Shown piece after piece: positions 1-12,130 of a DNA stretch of 64,000 nucleotides. The position numbers were made by a program, and so were the translations under genes. The stretch is from Eledone cirrhosa (taxonomy: Eukaryota). Below the pieces are notes generated by a model. It was not told the origin of the DNA and ran no database searches. It saw nothing but the letters and a program-made list of their open reading frames with translations. Numbering within the stretch: the stretch's first letter is position 1; each line of letters starts with the position of its first letter. The stretch spans positions 10,602,001 to 10,666,000 of the forward strand of contig OZ024751.1 of assembly GCA_964016885.1 (NCBI GenBank), written 5' to 3'.

Positions 1-149
1 TCGCCTTCGCTTTGAGGGCGTTTCAATAGAAACCTGTCTAAGGAGGAGGTTTGTTTCTTCCTCCCTTTTAAAATGTTTCTGAAATGAGTGAGGCAAGTGT
101 CGTTAAACAGTGCCGACGCACGACTTGTTCCAACTTTTTCTGGATGATT

Positions 150-1677
150 TTTGTCAATAAAATCATTAAGTTTCTCCCAAATTCCCAACATTTCCTTAAT
201 TTCGCTTGAAGGGATTACTACCTCCTCTGACTCTGGCCCCTCATTAATTTCTTGCCAAATCTCTGTATGCTGCTGGTCCTGTAGCTCCTTTAATTCCTCC
301 GTTGTCAATTCCTCATTGTACTCTTCGACGAGGTCGTTGACGTCTCCTACGTCCACTACCAGGCCCATGGATTTTCCGATGGACACGATCTCCTCCTCCA
401 CTAACTCTTCGGGTTCGAATCCTTCGAAGTCCCTTTCGGACACAACCTCGGGCCACAGCTTCTTCCATGCAGAGTTTGAGGTCCTCCTTGTAACACGCTG
501 CCAGGCCATGTCTATAATTTTGAGGCAGGCTACGATAGTGTAATGTTCTTTCCAGAACTCTCGAAGGGCGAGGTTTGTGTTTTTCGTAACCTCAAAGCAG
601 CGCTGGAAGAGATGCTTGGTGAAGAGCTTTTTAAAATTCGAAATCACCTGCTCGTCCATGGGCTGAAAGATAGGGGTGGTGTTGGTTGGAAGGTACAAGA
701 CCTTAATAAACTTGAATTCTTCTAAGATGTCATCCTCGAGATTTGGTGGGTGTGCGGGAGCATTGTAAAGGACGAGTAGGGCTTTCAGGGGCAGGTTATT
801 ATCTAAAAGATACTTCTTGACTGCTGGACCAAAAACCAGGTTTACCCACTGCACAAAAAACTCCCTGGTGACCCATGCCTTTGGGTTTGCCCTCCACATA
901 ACCTGCAGTTTTTCTTTAAGAATCGTATGACTCTTAAAGGCTCTGGGTTTTTCCGAGTGATATAAGAGCAGCGGTTTAATCTTTAAATCGCCACTCGCAT
1001 TTGCACACAGTGCAAGGGTCAACCTATCCTTCATAGGTTTGTGGCCTGGCAAGCTCTTCTCCTCTGCTGTTATGTACGTTCTCCTTGGCATCTTTTTCCA
1101 AAATAGCCGTCTCGTCACAGTTAAAGACTTGCTGGGGGATGTATCCTTCGGCTTCTACCAGTTCACCAATAAATGAAGTAAATTCTTCAGCTACCTTAAA
1201 ATCTGAGCTTGCAGCCTCACCATGCGTGACGACGGAGTGAATGCCAGTCCTCTTTTTAAAATTATTAAACCATCCCCGACTGGCTTTGAATGACTCTTCC
1301 GATGCCTCGTCCGAGGATGATCCCGCCGTCTGCCGCACCAAATCTCCATAAATAACTCGTGCCTTCTCACAGATGATGGTCTCGGTTACGGTATCTTCAG
1401 CGAGCTGCTTCTCGGTCAACCACCCCAACAGCAACTTTTCCATCTCTTCATGGACAGAGGTCCGGAGCTTAGAAATTATCTTAACACCCTTAGCTGGTGT
1501 CATAGCCTTTATTGAATCCTTTTGTTTCAAAATAGTACATATTGTAGAAGTATTACGATCGTACTCCTTTGCCAAGTCAATAACACGCACACCACGCTCA
1601 TGTTTTTCTACGATTTCGTGCTTAATATCCATAGACATCATCCTTTTCTTTTTCTCGCCAGTGTTCTTGGCACTCAC
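150..1677 (-). pseudogene. Tigger/TIGD1-like transposase pseudogene (HTH-psq, CENP-B HTH, DDE)
   Basis: ORF 1024-1677 has FKASRGWFNNFKKR, HGEAASSD and QVFNCDET, then a frameshift near 1105. The downstream frame gives LLVLYNAPAHP (catalytic D changed to Y) and QPMDEQVISNFKK. Confidence 0.9.
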
Positions 1678-1821
1678 TTTCCTAGGTTGAAACTAAGATT
1701 TTTATCGAAATAAACCCAAAACAACTAAAATCACAACAGTAACACAACAGAGATGCTCGCGTGCCGAGGTTACCACGTGGACTGACCGCTCTCAGAGGGT
1801 TACTGAATTAATTTAGCCACT

Positions 1822-2050
1822 TAATTAATTTCACCCGGTGAAACCCAACCAAAGTTACTCCCGTCGTTTATATCCGTAAAGTGACTAAAACAAATGTAAT
1901 ATATTTACGGTTAGGGTTATTTTTTAGGATTAGGTTTAATTCAACCCTAACCCTAACCGTAAATATATTACATTTGTTTTAATCTTTAGTCAATTTACGG
2001 ATGTAAACGACGGGAGTAACTTTGGTTGGGGTTCACCGGCGAAATTAATT
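1822..2050. mobile_element. Palindromic MITE-like insertion with central TTAGGG/CCCTAA hexamers
   Basis: About 95 bp imperfect inverted arms (ccggtgaaacccaaccaaagttactcccgtcgttta / taaacgacgggagtaactttggttggggttcaccgg), with TTAA-containing flanks. Confidence 0.6.
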
Positions 2051-2190
2051 CTGCACCCCCTCTCAGGCACCCGCTAGCTCGTAGCTCGTATCTCAAAACT
2101 CAGCTCGTATCACAAGGCTAAAAATTAACCGAGAGATGGCTCGTATCTCAAAAAACTCGTATGTCGATTCACTCGTATCTCAAGGCATCA

Positions 2191-2227
<37 letters not shown>

Positions 2228-2228
<1 letters not shown>

Positions 2229-2635
2229 GAGCGGAACAAGCAAACATTAAACAATCTTTTAAATAAATTAAAATACGATTAAAATATTCACCTGTTCTAG
2301 TGCTGTGACCGACGGTTTCGCTTATCAGAAGATTTGAAATTCGAGAATTTCCCATGGAAAGAATCAGCTCTTCAGACAGCTATTTCCAAACCAGAGAACA
2401 TAAAGCCTCGTAGTAGTAAATATATCGCTTTCTTCTCGATGCATGAAGTCAGGCCGTTAATAGAACAGGTGAATATTTAAATCGTATTTTAATTTATTTA
2501 AAAGATTGTTTAATGTTTGCTTGTTTCGCTCATTTTTATAGTTCTTGTATCTTAAATTAGTACCATTGAACAACTACTGTTATAGACACCATGTATATTT
2601 CCGTGGGTACTTAGTACCTACTGGAATATTTATAT
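2228..2635. mobile_element. Fold-back non-autonomous PLE-like insertion in (TA)n (family A)
   Basis: Inverted arms 2228-2299 and 2461-2533. Homologous to 45321-45987. Carries an HHR. Confidence 0.75.
2302..2380 (-). ncRNA. Type I hammerhead ribozyme motif
   Basis: Minus strand reads GCUGU-CUGAAGA-GCU...AGC-GAAA-CCG-U-CGG-UC-ACAGC. Stems I, II and III pair and the cleavage triplet is GUC. Confidence 0.8.
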
Positions 2636-2665
2636 CATATATATATATATATATATATATATAGA

Positions 2666-2831
2666 TAAATGTAAGTATGTATGTATACGTACATACATAT
2701 ATGTATACAGACGTACAGTAGCATGTATATATATACATACAGGCACACATATATATATGCACGTATCAGTTTACCGTTTAAGTAAGTGCCGTACTAAGAG
2801 TGAGAAATGAAATTTCGTTTCATTCTATTCC

Positions 2832-2835
<4 letters not shown>
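2666..2835. repeat. Inverted fragments of the 472-bp HHR repeat family
   Basis: 2666-2772 is the reverse complement of part of the unit at 37424-38828. 2778-2835 (tttaagtaagtgcc..gagaaatgaaatttcgttt) matches the unit's 3' end. Confidence 0.75.
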
Positions 2836-2867
<32 letters not shown>

Positions 2868-3020
2868 ATGGTACTATGATAAAATGCACCCAGTATACAC
2901 TGTGTAAAGCTGTTGGTATATATGCATACATTCATACATACATGCATACACACGCACATATATATATATGTGTATACTACATATATGTGTATATATATAT
3001 GTATATATATATATATATAT

Positions 3021-3567
3021 TAGAAAAGGGAAGTAAGATTCTATACAAAACAGTGGATATAGAGAAAAGGTGAAGTTGGAAATAGCACGGAAAATATATT
3101 TAAGGTTTTTCTTTTTTTATCCTTTCTTTGATTCGTCAAAGTGACATTATTGAGAAGATGACATTCTGAAGCTAAATTTTGAGTAAGAAAGATGGGAAAA
3201 AAACTTACTCCAACATTTGATTTTAATTTATATCTTTAATTTTTAGTTTTTAACTCCTATTAATTCTTTTTAATTTGTTATTTCAATACTCAACATTTGA
3301 TAAGATGAATTTTAATAATACATCAACACCGGTAATACTTTATATAGTTTATATACATTATAAAACTTAAAAAAAAAAGAATTGTCCCTCTCATTTTTTT
3401 AATAATGTCATTTTTTCAATAATGTCATCTTTTCAATAATGTCACTTTGACGAATCAAAGAAAGGATAAAAAAAAGAAAAACCTTAAATATATTTTCTGT
3501 TCTCTTTCCAACTTCACCTTTTCTCTATATCCACTGTTTTGTATAGAATCTTACTTCCCCTTTCTTA
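3021..3567. repeat. Fold-back element with about 145 bp inverted arms
   Basis: 3021-3165 is the reverse complement of 3421-3567 with a few mismatches. The left end abuts (TA)n. Confidence 0.8.
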
Positions 3568-5110
3568 AAAACATGTAAGCGGTCCTTAGCAACTCCACTA
3601 AAGATGCTCTTCAGAAGCTCCTTGGCTAGCAGTATACTACCCAGGGAGCTGAAAGGCACAATATGCCCTATCCATAAAGGAGGTAGCAGAGCAGAGGCCA
3701 AAAACTATAGGCCAGTCTCCCTGACGTCGCATATCAGTAAGGTCATGGAGCGAGTCATCAGAAAGAAACTGATCACTTTCCTCAAGGAAAATGACCGCCT
3801 GACTAGCATGCAGCATGGCTTCCGCCCAGGAAGAAGTTGCCTTACACAGCTGCTCCATCACTACGACTGGATACTGAAACAACTGCTAGACAGCTCACAT
3901 GTGGACGTGATATATCTTGACTTTGCGAAGGCCTTTGACAAGGTCGACCATGGAATGATATGTCACAAACTACACAGACTCGGCATAACTGGAAAAGTAG
4001 GTGAGTGGCTGCATGACTTCTTAAAGGACAGAAGCCAGACAGTCGCAGCAAACGGGGCCCTCTCAAAGGAAACACCAATAACAAGTGGGGTGCTCCAGGA
4101 GACAGTCCTGAGACCACTACTGTTTTTGGTGGCTCTCTCAGACATTCCCTCTGTAGTACATACAACAACATCCCTCACTAGCTATGCTGATGACACTAAG
4201 GTAGCACAGGCAATCAAAAACCCGGCTGACGCTGCCCTTTTACAACAAGGTCTGGATGCCATATACAAATGGGCGGAAGAAAACAACATGCAGTTCAATG
4301 CTGGCAAATTCCAAGCCCTACAATACAAACCTGCAAACACAAATACAGTACAACACAGTTACACAGGACCAGGAGGGACCGATATCCCCGTGTCAAAATC
4401 GATACGAGACCTGGGTATAGACACGAGCGATGATGCATCTTTTTCCTCACACATCATGAAAGTGCGACAATATGCAGACGACTCGCTGGCTGGATCTTGA
4501 GCCGCCTGGATCTAAACCGCCTGGACTATTGCTCCCAGTTGTGGTCACCCCATAGTGTCAAACTAACCACGGAGCTCGAGGCAATCCAGCGAAGCTACAC
4601 CAAGAGGATTGCCATGATGAAGGAGATAAGCTACTGGGAGAGGCTAAAAGAACTGAACCTATACTCCTTGGAACGAAGACGGGAGAGATACGCAGTGATC
4701 TACATGTGGAAAATCCTGGAGAGACTAGCACCAAATTTTGGCATTGGGAGCTGGACAAACCGTCGAACAGGACGTCACTGTGTGGTGCCAAAGGTCCCGT
4801 CTTCCGCATCTAGAATAAGGAGCAGATATTGCAATAGCCTGGGATTCAAGGGCCCTCAACTCTTCAACAAGCTGCCGAGGAATCTGAGAGATCTGCATGG
4901 TGTGGAGGTGGATGTCTTCAAGAAACATCTCGACACCGTGCTATCCAGGAGACCGGATGAGCCCACAGCAATGCACGAGGGAAACCTAAGGGCAGCAGCA
5001 ACAAAGTCCCTCTTGCACCAGTGGCCAACCAATACAGGCTGGAGATAAAATGTGTAGCAACAAGGCAGTGCCCCAGCAAGGCCTCAGCCGGATGGCTGGA
5101 ACAGGTAAAA
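3566..5110 (+). mobile_element. 5'-truncated CR1/L2-type LINE (RT pseudogene and 3' end)
   Basis: ORF 3604-4500 has NYRPVSLTS, QHGFR, YLDFAKAFDKVDH and YADDTK. ORF 4497-5048 has LDYCSQLWSP and YWERLKELNLYSLERRRER. Frameshift or deletion near 4480. Confidence 0.9.
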
Positions 5111-5127
5111 GCGTATATATATATATG

Positions 5128-5550
5128 ACCAAAGATTAGTATGGTTCGTTGAATACTCAATGAATACAATTTTACAATAGATTAGAAGCACTCAACAAGA
5201 TAAGTTTTCCTGGAGTTTTTAATATTATTCAAAATATTAACAAATGAAAAAATATTCTCATAATCAAAATATATACTTTATTATATATATTTCAAAGGTA
5301 CTGTGTTGTTTTTTCAGTACGTCCTCATCAGACAAAATATATGATTTGATATATGACATACCGCTATGGTCTTCATTGTTCTACTGGAATTGAACAATCA
5401 AGACCATAGCGGTATGTCATATATCAAATCATATATTTTGCCTGATGAGGACGTACTGAAAAAACAACACAGTACCTTTGAAATATATATAATAAAGTAT
5501 ATATTTTGATTATGAGAATATTTTTCCATTTGTTAATATTTTGAATAATA
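5128..5550. mobile_element. Fold-back PLE-like insertion (family C) with an HHR in each arm
   Basis: Near-identical arms 5223-5371 and 5401-5550, an extra tail at 5128-5222, and (TA)n on both sides. Confidence 0.8.
5436..5497 (+). ncRNA. Type I hammerhead motif (mirror copy at about 5277-5337 on -)
   Basis: UUUUGC-CUGAUGA-GGACGUACUG..CAGUACCUUU-GAAA-UAUAUA-UA-AUAAAG, with palindromic stem III. Confidence 0.65.
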
Positions 5551-5647
5551 TATATATATATTTATATGTATATATAAATATATATGTATATATATATATA
5601 TATATATGTATATGTATATATAAATATATATGTATATATATATATAT

Positions 5648-5713
<66 letters not shown>

Positions 5714-5778
5714 ATATATATATGTATATATATATATATGTATGTATATATATATATGTATATATATATATATGTATG

Positions 5779-5810
<32 letters not shown>

Positions 5811-5949
5811 TGTATACATACATATATATATACATATATATACATATATATATACATACATATACATATATATATATATACACATATATATATATATATA
5901 TGTATATGTATGTATATATATGTATACATATATATATATATATACATAC

Positions 5950-5988
<39 letters not shown>

Positions 5989-6070
5989 CATATATATATA
6001 TAGATATACTGCATATATATATATGTATATATATAGATATAGATATACTGCATATATATATATGTATATA

Positions 6071-6128
6071 GGAATGAGTAGGACCCCGATGGCTGAGCTC
6101 AAGCCGTTTCGACGGCTAATTCTGGACT
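6071..6128 (-). repeat. Fragment of the ~140 bp (TA)n-inserted family B
   Basis: gaccccgatggctgagctcaagccgtttcgacggctaattctggact matches copies at 30535, 37075, 40677 and 42620. Confidence 0.75.
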
Positions 6129-6130
6129 AA

Positions 6131-6258
<128 letters not shown>

Positions 6259-6396
6259 AATAAAGAATAACCAGAATATAAATTAAATATATATATATAT
6301 GAATATATGTGCACGCGCGCCTATGTGTGTGTGTGTGTATGCTTGTGTTTATACAGGTGCCACTATCATCATTTAATGTATAATTTCTCTCAGGAT

Positions 6397-6473
<77 letters not shown>

Positions 6474-6973
6474 TATATATATGTGTGTGTACGTGCTTTA
6501 GTTCATAAATGACCACCACCATCACCCCCATCACCACCATCATCACCACCATCATCACCACCATCACCACTACTTACTATCAAACATATCAAATACACTT
6601 AAGATGAAACACCTGTAATGCAATTTATTTATTTCAAATATTCAGAGGTTATCCTTCCGGAAATCTCCCACTGTTCAATTGTCAACTAGAGGACCCTTAT
6701 ATCAACTTATCTGTAATTCACTATGTTTATATTGTATATTCCCTGGGGTAGTTGAATTATTTCTCTAGGACAAACCATGTCATATTTGACATCAACACAT
6801 TTTTCTACTTACCTATCTACGTGTGACTTCTCTGATAGGGTAATAACACTTTGATGTGAGCTTCTCATAGATTTGGTTTAAGTAGTTAGGGATTGGTAAT
6901 GAGGCAGGGTAATGAAGAATGAAGAACCCCTTTCACTACCAGCTACACCTACACTCCTACCTATATATATGTA

Positions 6974-7048
<75 letters not shown>

Positions 7049-7214
7049 TTATATATATATATAGTAATAATAATAAATGTGAAGACTAAAATCCAAAGAG
7101 GGCTCGATAAGGATAAATATATATCAAATATATAAGAACCCTAGTGCAAATATTTATTAAAATAACAGAAGATCCTGTTAAGGGTGAAAGCAGCGATTCT
7201 TTGCTTAAACTTTA

Positions 7215-7400
7215 ATCGGTTATTTTCCGATTCCGCCCTACCCATCCCTTCAATCATTCTAATTTCTCATTCTTTCTTCTGATAAAGGACTAGCGTCCGA
7301 AACGTTAAGACCCTCTTCCTGCTATTTCAAGCATTAACCTAATATATTCCTTCCTTATACTGTACCGATTGTGTTGTTATTTCTGTTTACCTTTTACACA
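7215..7400 (+). mobile_element. PLE-like pLTR fragment with a core-mutated minimal HHR (7275-7310)
   Basis: UCUU-CUGAUAA-A-GGAC-UAGC-GUCC-GAAAC-GUU-AAGA. Homologous to 9655-9868. Confidence 0.7.
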
Positions 7401-7411
7401 TACACATATAT

Positions 7412-7563
7412 ATATTTAAAAAAAGGAAAAGAATGACTTCACTTGTAGTTCTAAACAACTTAATATTTAATTCTATAATATTATGATTTTACAATGATAT
7501 AATAGAATTAAATTAAATTGTTTAGAACTACAAGTGAAGTAATTCTTTTCCTTTTTTAAATAT
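7412..7563. repeat. Short fold-back element
   Basis: aaaaggaaaagaatgacttcacttgtagttctaaacaa pairs with ttgtttagaactacaagtgaagtaattcttttccttt. Confidence 0.75.
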
Positions 7564-7594
7564 ACCTAACTGTACCAAGGATTTCACATATTTT

Positions 7595-8025
<431 letters not shown>

Positions 8026-8279
8026 AATCAGGATGGATTCAGTTTGAAACTGGTTAGACCATTACTCAACAGAGAACTCAATACTTGGGGTGGTAGAGTA
8101 TGATTATATTGTGGAAATGGCAAGAGCTCAGCCGTCGAGTCCCGACTCTTTATAATTTATATATATTGACACGTACTGTCACGTGAAGGTGAAATAATTA
8201 GTTAATATGCATACATATTAAGTGGCTATGTGCAACTCATTCTCTCCACACCTCTCTCTCAACACAAGTAAAGCACTAT

Positions 8280-8965
8280 ACCTGCTATAATTATTATTTG
8301 TTGATTTAGTGAAGAACAGAATAAAACCAATGCCCTTATCTGAACCAGAGAGGTTCCTAGCCAAGAATAAGCCACAATAACTAGTATTTGTTGATTTGGG
8401 TGATGGACAAATTAGAACGAATGCCCTCATCTGGGTTAGAGAAGTTCCTACATTATAACTAGCATATGTTGATTTATTGAAGAGTGGAATAGAACCGATG
8501 CCATCACCTGGGTCAGAGAAGTTCCCAACCAAGATTAAGCCACTATAACTAGTATTTGTGTGGAGGCATGTTGCCTAGTGGTAAGGGTGTTGGACTTACG
8601 ATCATAATGTCGTTGGTTCGATTCCTGGGTTGCATGTTGTGTTCTTGAGCAAAAACAATTCATTTCACATTGCTCCAGTATACTCAGCTGAAAATGTGTG
8701 CCAGCAATAGCTGAGAGTTTAACACTGCAATGATGGACTGGCGTCCTGTCCAGGGGAGGGGGGGGAGAGTCTTGTACACTCAGTCACTTCACGCTATGAA
8801 TCAGGATAAGCACCGGCCAAATAAGCCTTCTGGCTTAAGAAGAAAAGAAGAGAACTAGTATTTGTTGATTTATTAAAGGATGGAATAGAACCAATGCCCT
8901 CATCTGGGTCAGAGAAGTTCCTAATCAAGATTAAGCCACTATAACAAATATGTGTTGATTTGGGT
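8280..8965. repeat. Degenerate 70-90 bp tandem repeat interrupted by a SINE
   Basis: Recurrent actagtatttgttgattt...agaaccaatgccctcatctgggtcagagaagttcc. Confidence 0.7.
8560..8852 (+). mobile_element. tRNA-derived SINE with a 13-bp TSD
   Basis: A-box-like ttgcctagtgg, B box ggttcgattcc, core gtgttcttgagcaa and gatggactggcgtcctgtccaggg. TSD aactagtatttgt at 8547-8559 and 8853-8865. Confidence 0.85.
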
Positions 8966-9074
8966 GAAGGCCTTTGCTGCATATAACTAACAGTCAAGTT
9001 AAAGGGTCCGACACTGACCTAGAGAAAGTTTAAGTGACTGAAACCATTATAATGTTTATTATTTATAGAAAATT

Positions 9075-9263
9075 GGTGGTGGATTGGCAGTATCGGTAGA
9101 GGGTTGGACGCCATGCTTTGCAGCATAGTTACCTCCCTTTACATTCTGAGTTCAAATCCCGCCGAGGTTAACTTTGCCTTTCATCCTTACGGGGTCGATA
9201 AAATAAAGTACGAGTAATGTACTGGGTAATTGCTGGCCTTGTGCCAAAAGTAGAAACAATTAT
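9075..9263 (+). mobile_element. SINE with Nin/Deu-like core; copies at about 15630-15722, 18780-18930 (-), 19255-19550, 32408-32585 (-) and 57932-58120 (-)
   Basis: B-box-like gagttcaaatcc, core tttgcctttcatccttacggggtcgataaa and tail ggccttgtgccaaaagtagaaacaattat, repeated across the window. Confidence 0.8.
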
Positions 9264-9743
9264 TTATAGAAAACTTGTCAGTAGAATTCAATACTAATCT
9301 CACTTCATAAGCATTTTATATTTTTTTTACTGATTTCTTTTGTGCAGATAATTTATTGCATTGTACTTATTGCCTCTAGCACTTAGAGTCACGATCACGT
9401 TTATAGCCTCACACCTTTAAATCAATTTAGCTGGAGATTACAAGGAAAGAATTTGTTAAATTGTATTTTTTTATTCGTTTAAGATTACTATATATTACAA
9501 ACAGAAGTTTTGAGAGTATTTTAGTGAGAAAGTGGATAATGTGGACTTATTGAAATCTTTCCTTCCATTTCTTAAAACCAAATTGCTAACATAATTTTCT
9601 TTAATGTGGTGTGGTATATATATATATATATATATCAGTTTTGCAAAAGATGTCAACATGAATGGACCTGTTATTTTTATCTAAAGACATTTTTACCAAT
9701 TCCATCCCGCCTGCCCCCTCAATCAATTTTATTTCTCATTCTT

Positions 9744-9779
9744 TCTTCTGATGAAGGACTAGCGTCCGAAACGTTAAGA
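9744..9779 (+). ncRNA. Minimal type I hammerhead ribozyme of PLE type
   Basis: UCUU-CUGAUGA-A-GGAC-UAGC-GUCC-GAAAC-GUU-AAGA. The loopless palindromic stem III (AACGUU) is typical of dimer-acting minimal HHRs. Confidence 0.8.
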
Positions 9780-9887
9780 CCCTCTTCCTACTATATCAAA
9801 CGTTAACCTAATATATACCTTCCATATACTGTACCGATTGTGTTGTTATTTCTGTTTACATTTTACATACATATATATATATATATA

Positions 9888-10001
<114 letters not shown>

Positions 10002-10029
10002 ATATATATATACAGTTCCACACTGTAAA

Positions 10030-10200
10030 TGTGGTTGGTGTTAGGAAGGGCATCCAGCCGTAGAAAACCTGCCAGTTAGTCCTATATGAGCGAGACATGG
10101 TCACCCTACCAGCCTTGCTTCAAGTGGGTAAACTCCCGTCTAACCCATGCTAGCATGGAAAATGGATGTTAAATGAAGATGATGAGATGATGATGATGAT
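10030..10200 (+). mobile_element. Retroposon 3' fragment with (GAT)n tail
   Basis: gttaggaagggcatccagccgtagaaaacc...aacccatgctagcatggaaaatggatgttaaatga(gat)n resembles RTE/SINE-type 3' ends. Confidence 0.5.
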
Positions 10201-11039
10201 ATATTGAAGGGACGGGCGGGTTGGAATTGGAAAAAATGTTTTAGATAAAAATAACAGGTTCATTGGATTTTCAAATTGGATTTTCACCCCGAAACTGGAT
10301 ACCAACCCGAAGTATACATGAACTTCCACCAGGAAATCTTTCGTATCACTGAAATTTTCTTTGCTTCTTATATATATATATACTCACCAGGTCCGAACAC
10401 AGTGGAATTAAACTCCTACTGTTACTGCCTCCGTTTCTTCCATTCTCCCTATCTCTCACTGTAATAAGTAAATGGGGGCCCACACAGTGGCCACCTTGCA
10501 GCCCTGCTGGACAGAATAGAGAAGGGGTTTCTCTGGAGGATGGTGAGGGAGGTGCAAATTATACAATAATGAAAATATTAAAAAAAAGATTTAAAAAAAT
10601 TAAGTAATGTAAAAGCAATGAGGGAAAGTTTAAACAAGGGTGGATTTGGCTGTAGAGGAAAGTAGAGGAAAGAACTATAAATGGCATAATTGTGAAGAAA
10701 AGGAGGAAAATAGCAAGGACTATTCGGCAATGGGTGAAAGCGAAGGGGAAGGAGAGATAGCAACAGACTCTGTGCCTAGGGTGGGGTGGTATTTCGGCTG
10801 CACTTCATGGACAAAACTATGAAGGCATTTCCACGGACAATGGCCAACAGCAACCACTGCAATAGCCACCCCACCTTGGGGCACTCCTTCTTTGTAGGGA
10901 ATGATAGACATTTTTATTTTACTGTGGACTGATATATTGTTTAACCCTGGGCCAGCTCTGTTCTAGCAGACATACCATTAATTGTAATACATTCATGACA
11001 ACCCACACCTTTCATTTAGACATGGCCTGATAGTACCTT

Positions 11040-12130
11040 ATACTATACTATCAATAGTATCTAGTACTATACTATCAATAGTATCTAGGACTATACTATC
11101 AATAGTATCTAGTACTATACTTTCAATAGTATCTAAGACTATACTATCAAATAGTATCTAGGACTATACTATTAAATAGTATCTAGGATTATACTATCAA
11201 ATAGTATCTAAGACTATACTATCAAATAGTATCTAGGACTATACTATTAAATAGTATCTAAGACTATACTATCAAATAGTATCTAGGACTATACTATCAA
11301 TAGTATCTAGTACTATACTATCAATAGTATCTAGTACTACACTATCAATAGTATCTAGTACTATACTATCAATAGTATCTATTACTATACTTTCAATAGT
11401 ATCTAAGACGATACTATCAAATAGTATCTAGGACTATACTATCAAATAGTATCTTGGACTATACTATCAATAGTATCTAGGACTATACTATCAATAGTAT
11501 CTAGGCATATACTATTAAATATTATCTAGGACTATACTATTAATAGTATCTAGGACTATACTATTAAATAGTATCTAAGATTATACTATCAAATAGTATC
11601 TAAGACTATACTATTAAATAGTATCTAGGACTATACTATCAAATAGTATCTAGGACTATACTATCAAATAGTATCTAGGACTATACTATCAATAGTATCT
11701 AAGACTATACTATCAATAGTATCTAAGACTATACTATCAAATAGTATCTAAGACTATACTATCAAATAGTATCTAAGATTATACTATCAAATAGTATCTA
11801 GGACTATACTATTAAATAGTATCTAGGACTATACTATCAATAGTATCTAGTACTATACTATCAATAGTATCTAGGACTATACTATCAATAGTATCTAGGA
11901 CTATACTATCAATAGTATCTAGTACTATTCTATCAATAGTATCTAAGACTATACTATCAATAGTATCTAAGACTATACTATCAATAGTATCTAGGACTAT
12001 ACTATTAAATAGCATCTAGGACTATACTATCAAATAGTGTCTAGGACTATACTATCAAATAGTATCTAGGACTATACTATTAAATAGTATCTAGGACTAT
12101 ACTATTAAATAGTATCTAGGACTATACTAT
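11040..12130. repeat. 24-25 bp minisatellite, about 45 copies
   Basis: Unit (t/g)actatactatca(a)atagtatctag; translation repeats IVLDTIDS. Confidence 0.95.

Larger units (their letters stand above)
1..2193 (-). mobile_element. Tigger/pogo-family DNA transposon, decayed, continuing past the left window edge
   Basis: The minus-strand TIR reads TA|CAGTGATGCCTTGAGATACGAG and ends at 2193 next to TA. Sub-terminal CTCGTATC(T/A)CAA repeats lie at 2086-2183. A transposase remnant is inside. Confidence 0.9.

Noticed and set aside
151-543. Plus-strand ORFs over transposons (151-543, 1373-1690, 13424-13870 and others)
   Set aside because: They are antisense shadows of TE coding sequence.
1905-1960. 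Telomere or interstitial telomeric array
   Set aside because: Only a few hexamers, inside a palindromic element.
5510-6130. Long YI/IY, HT and VC-repeat ORFs here and throughout (for example 50084-51343, 419 aa)
   Set aside because: They are translations of (TA)n, (CA)n and similar microsatellites, which lack stop codons.
8560-8630. tRNA gene
   Set aside because: The A and B boxes continue into a SINE body with a TSD, and no full cloverleaf is evident.
11040-12130. Possible CRISPR array
   Set aside because: The units are contiguous with no unique spacers, the context is eukaryotic, and there are no cas genes.
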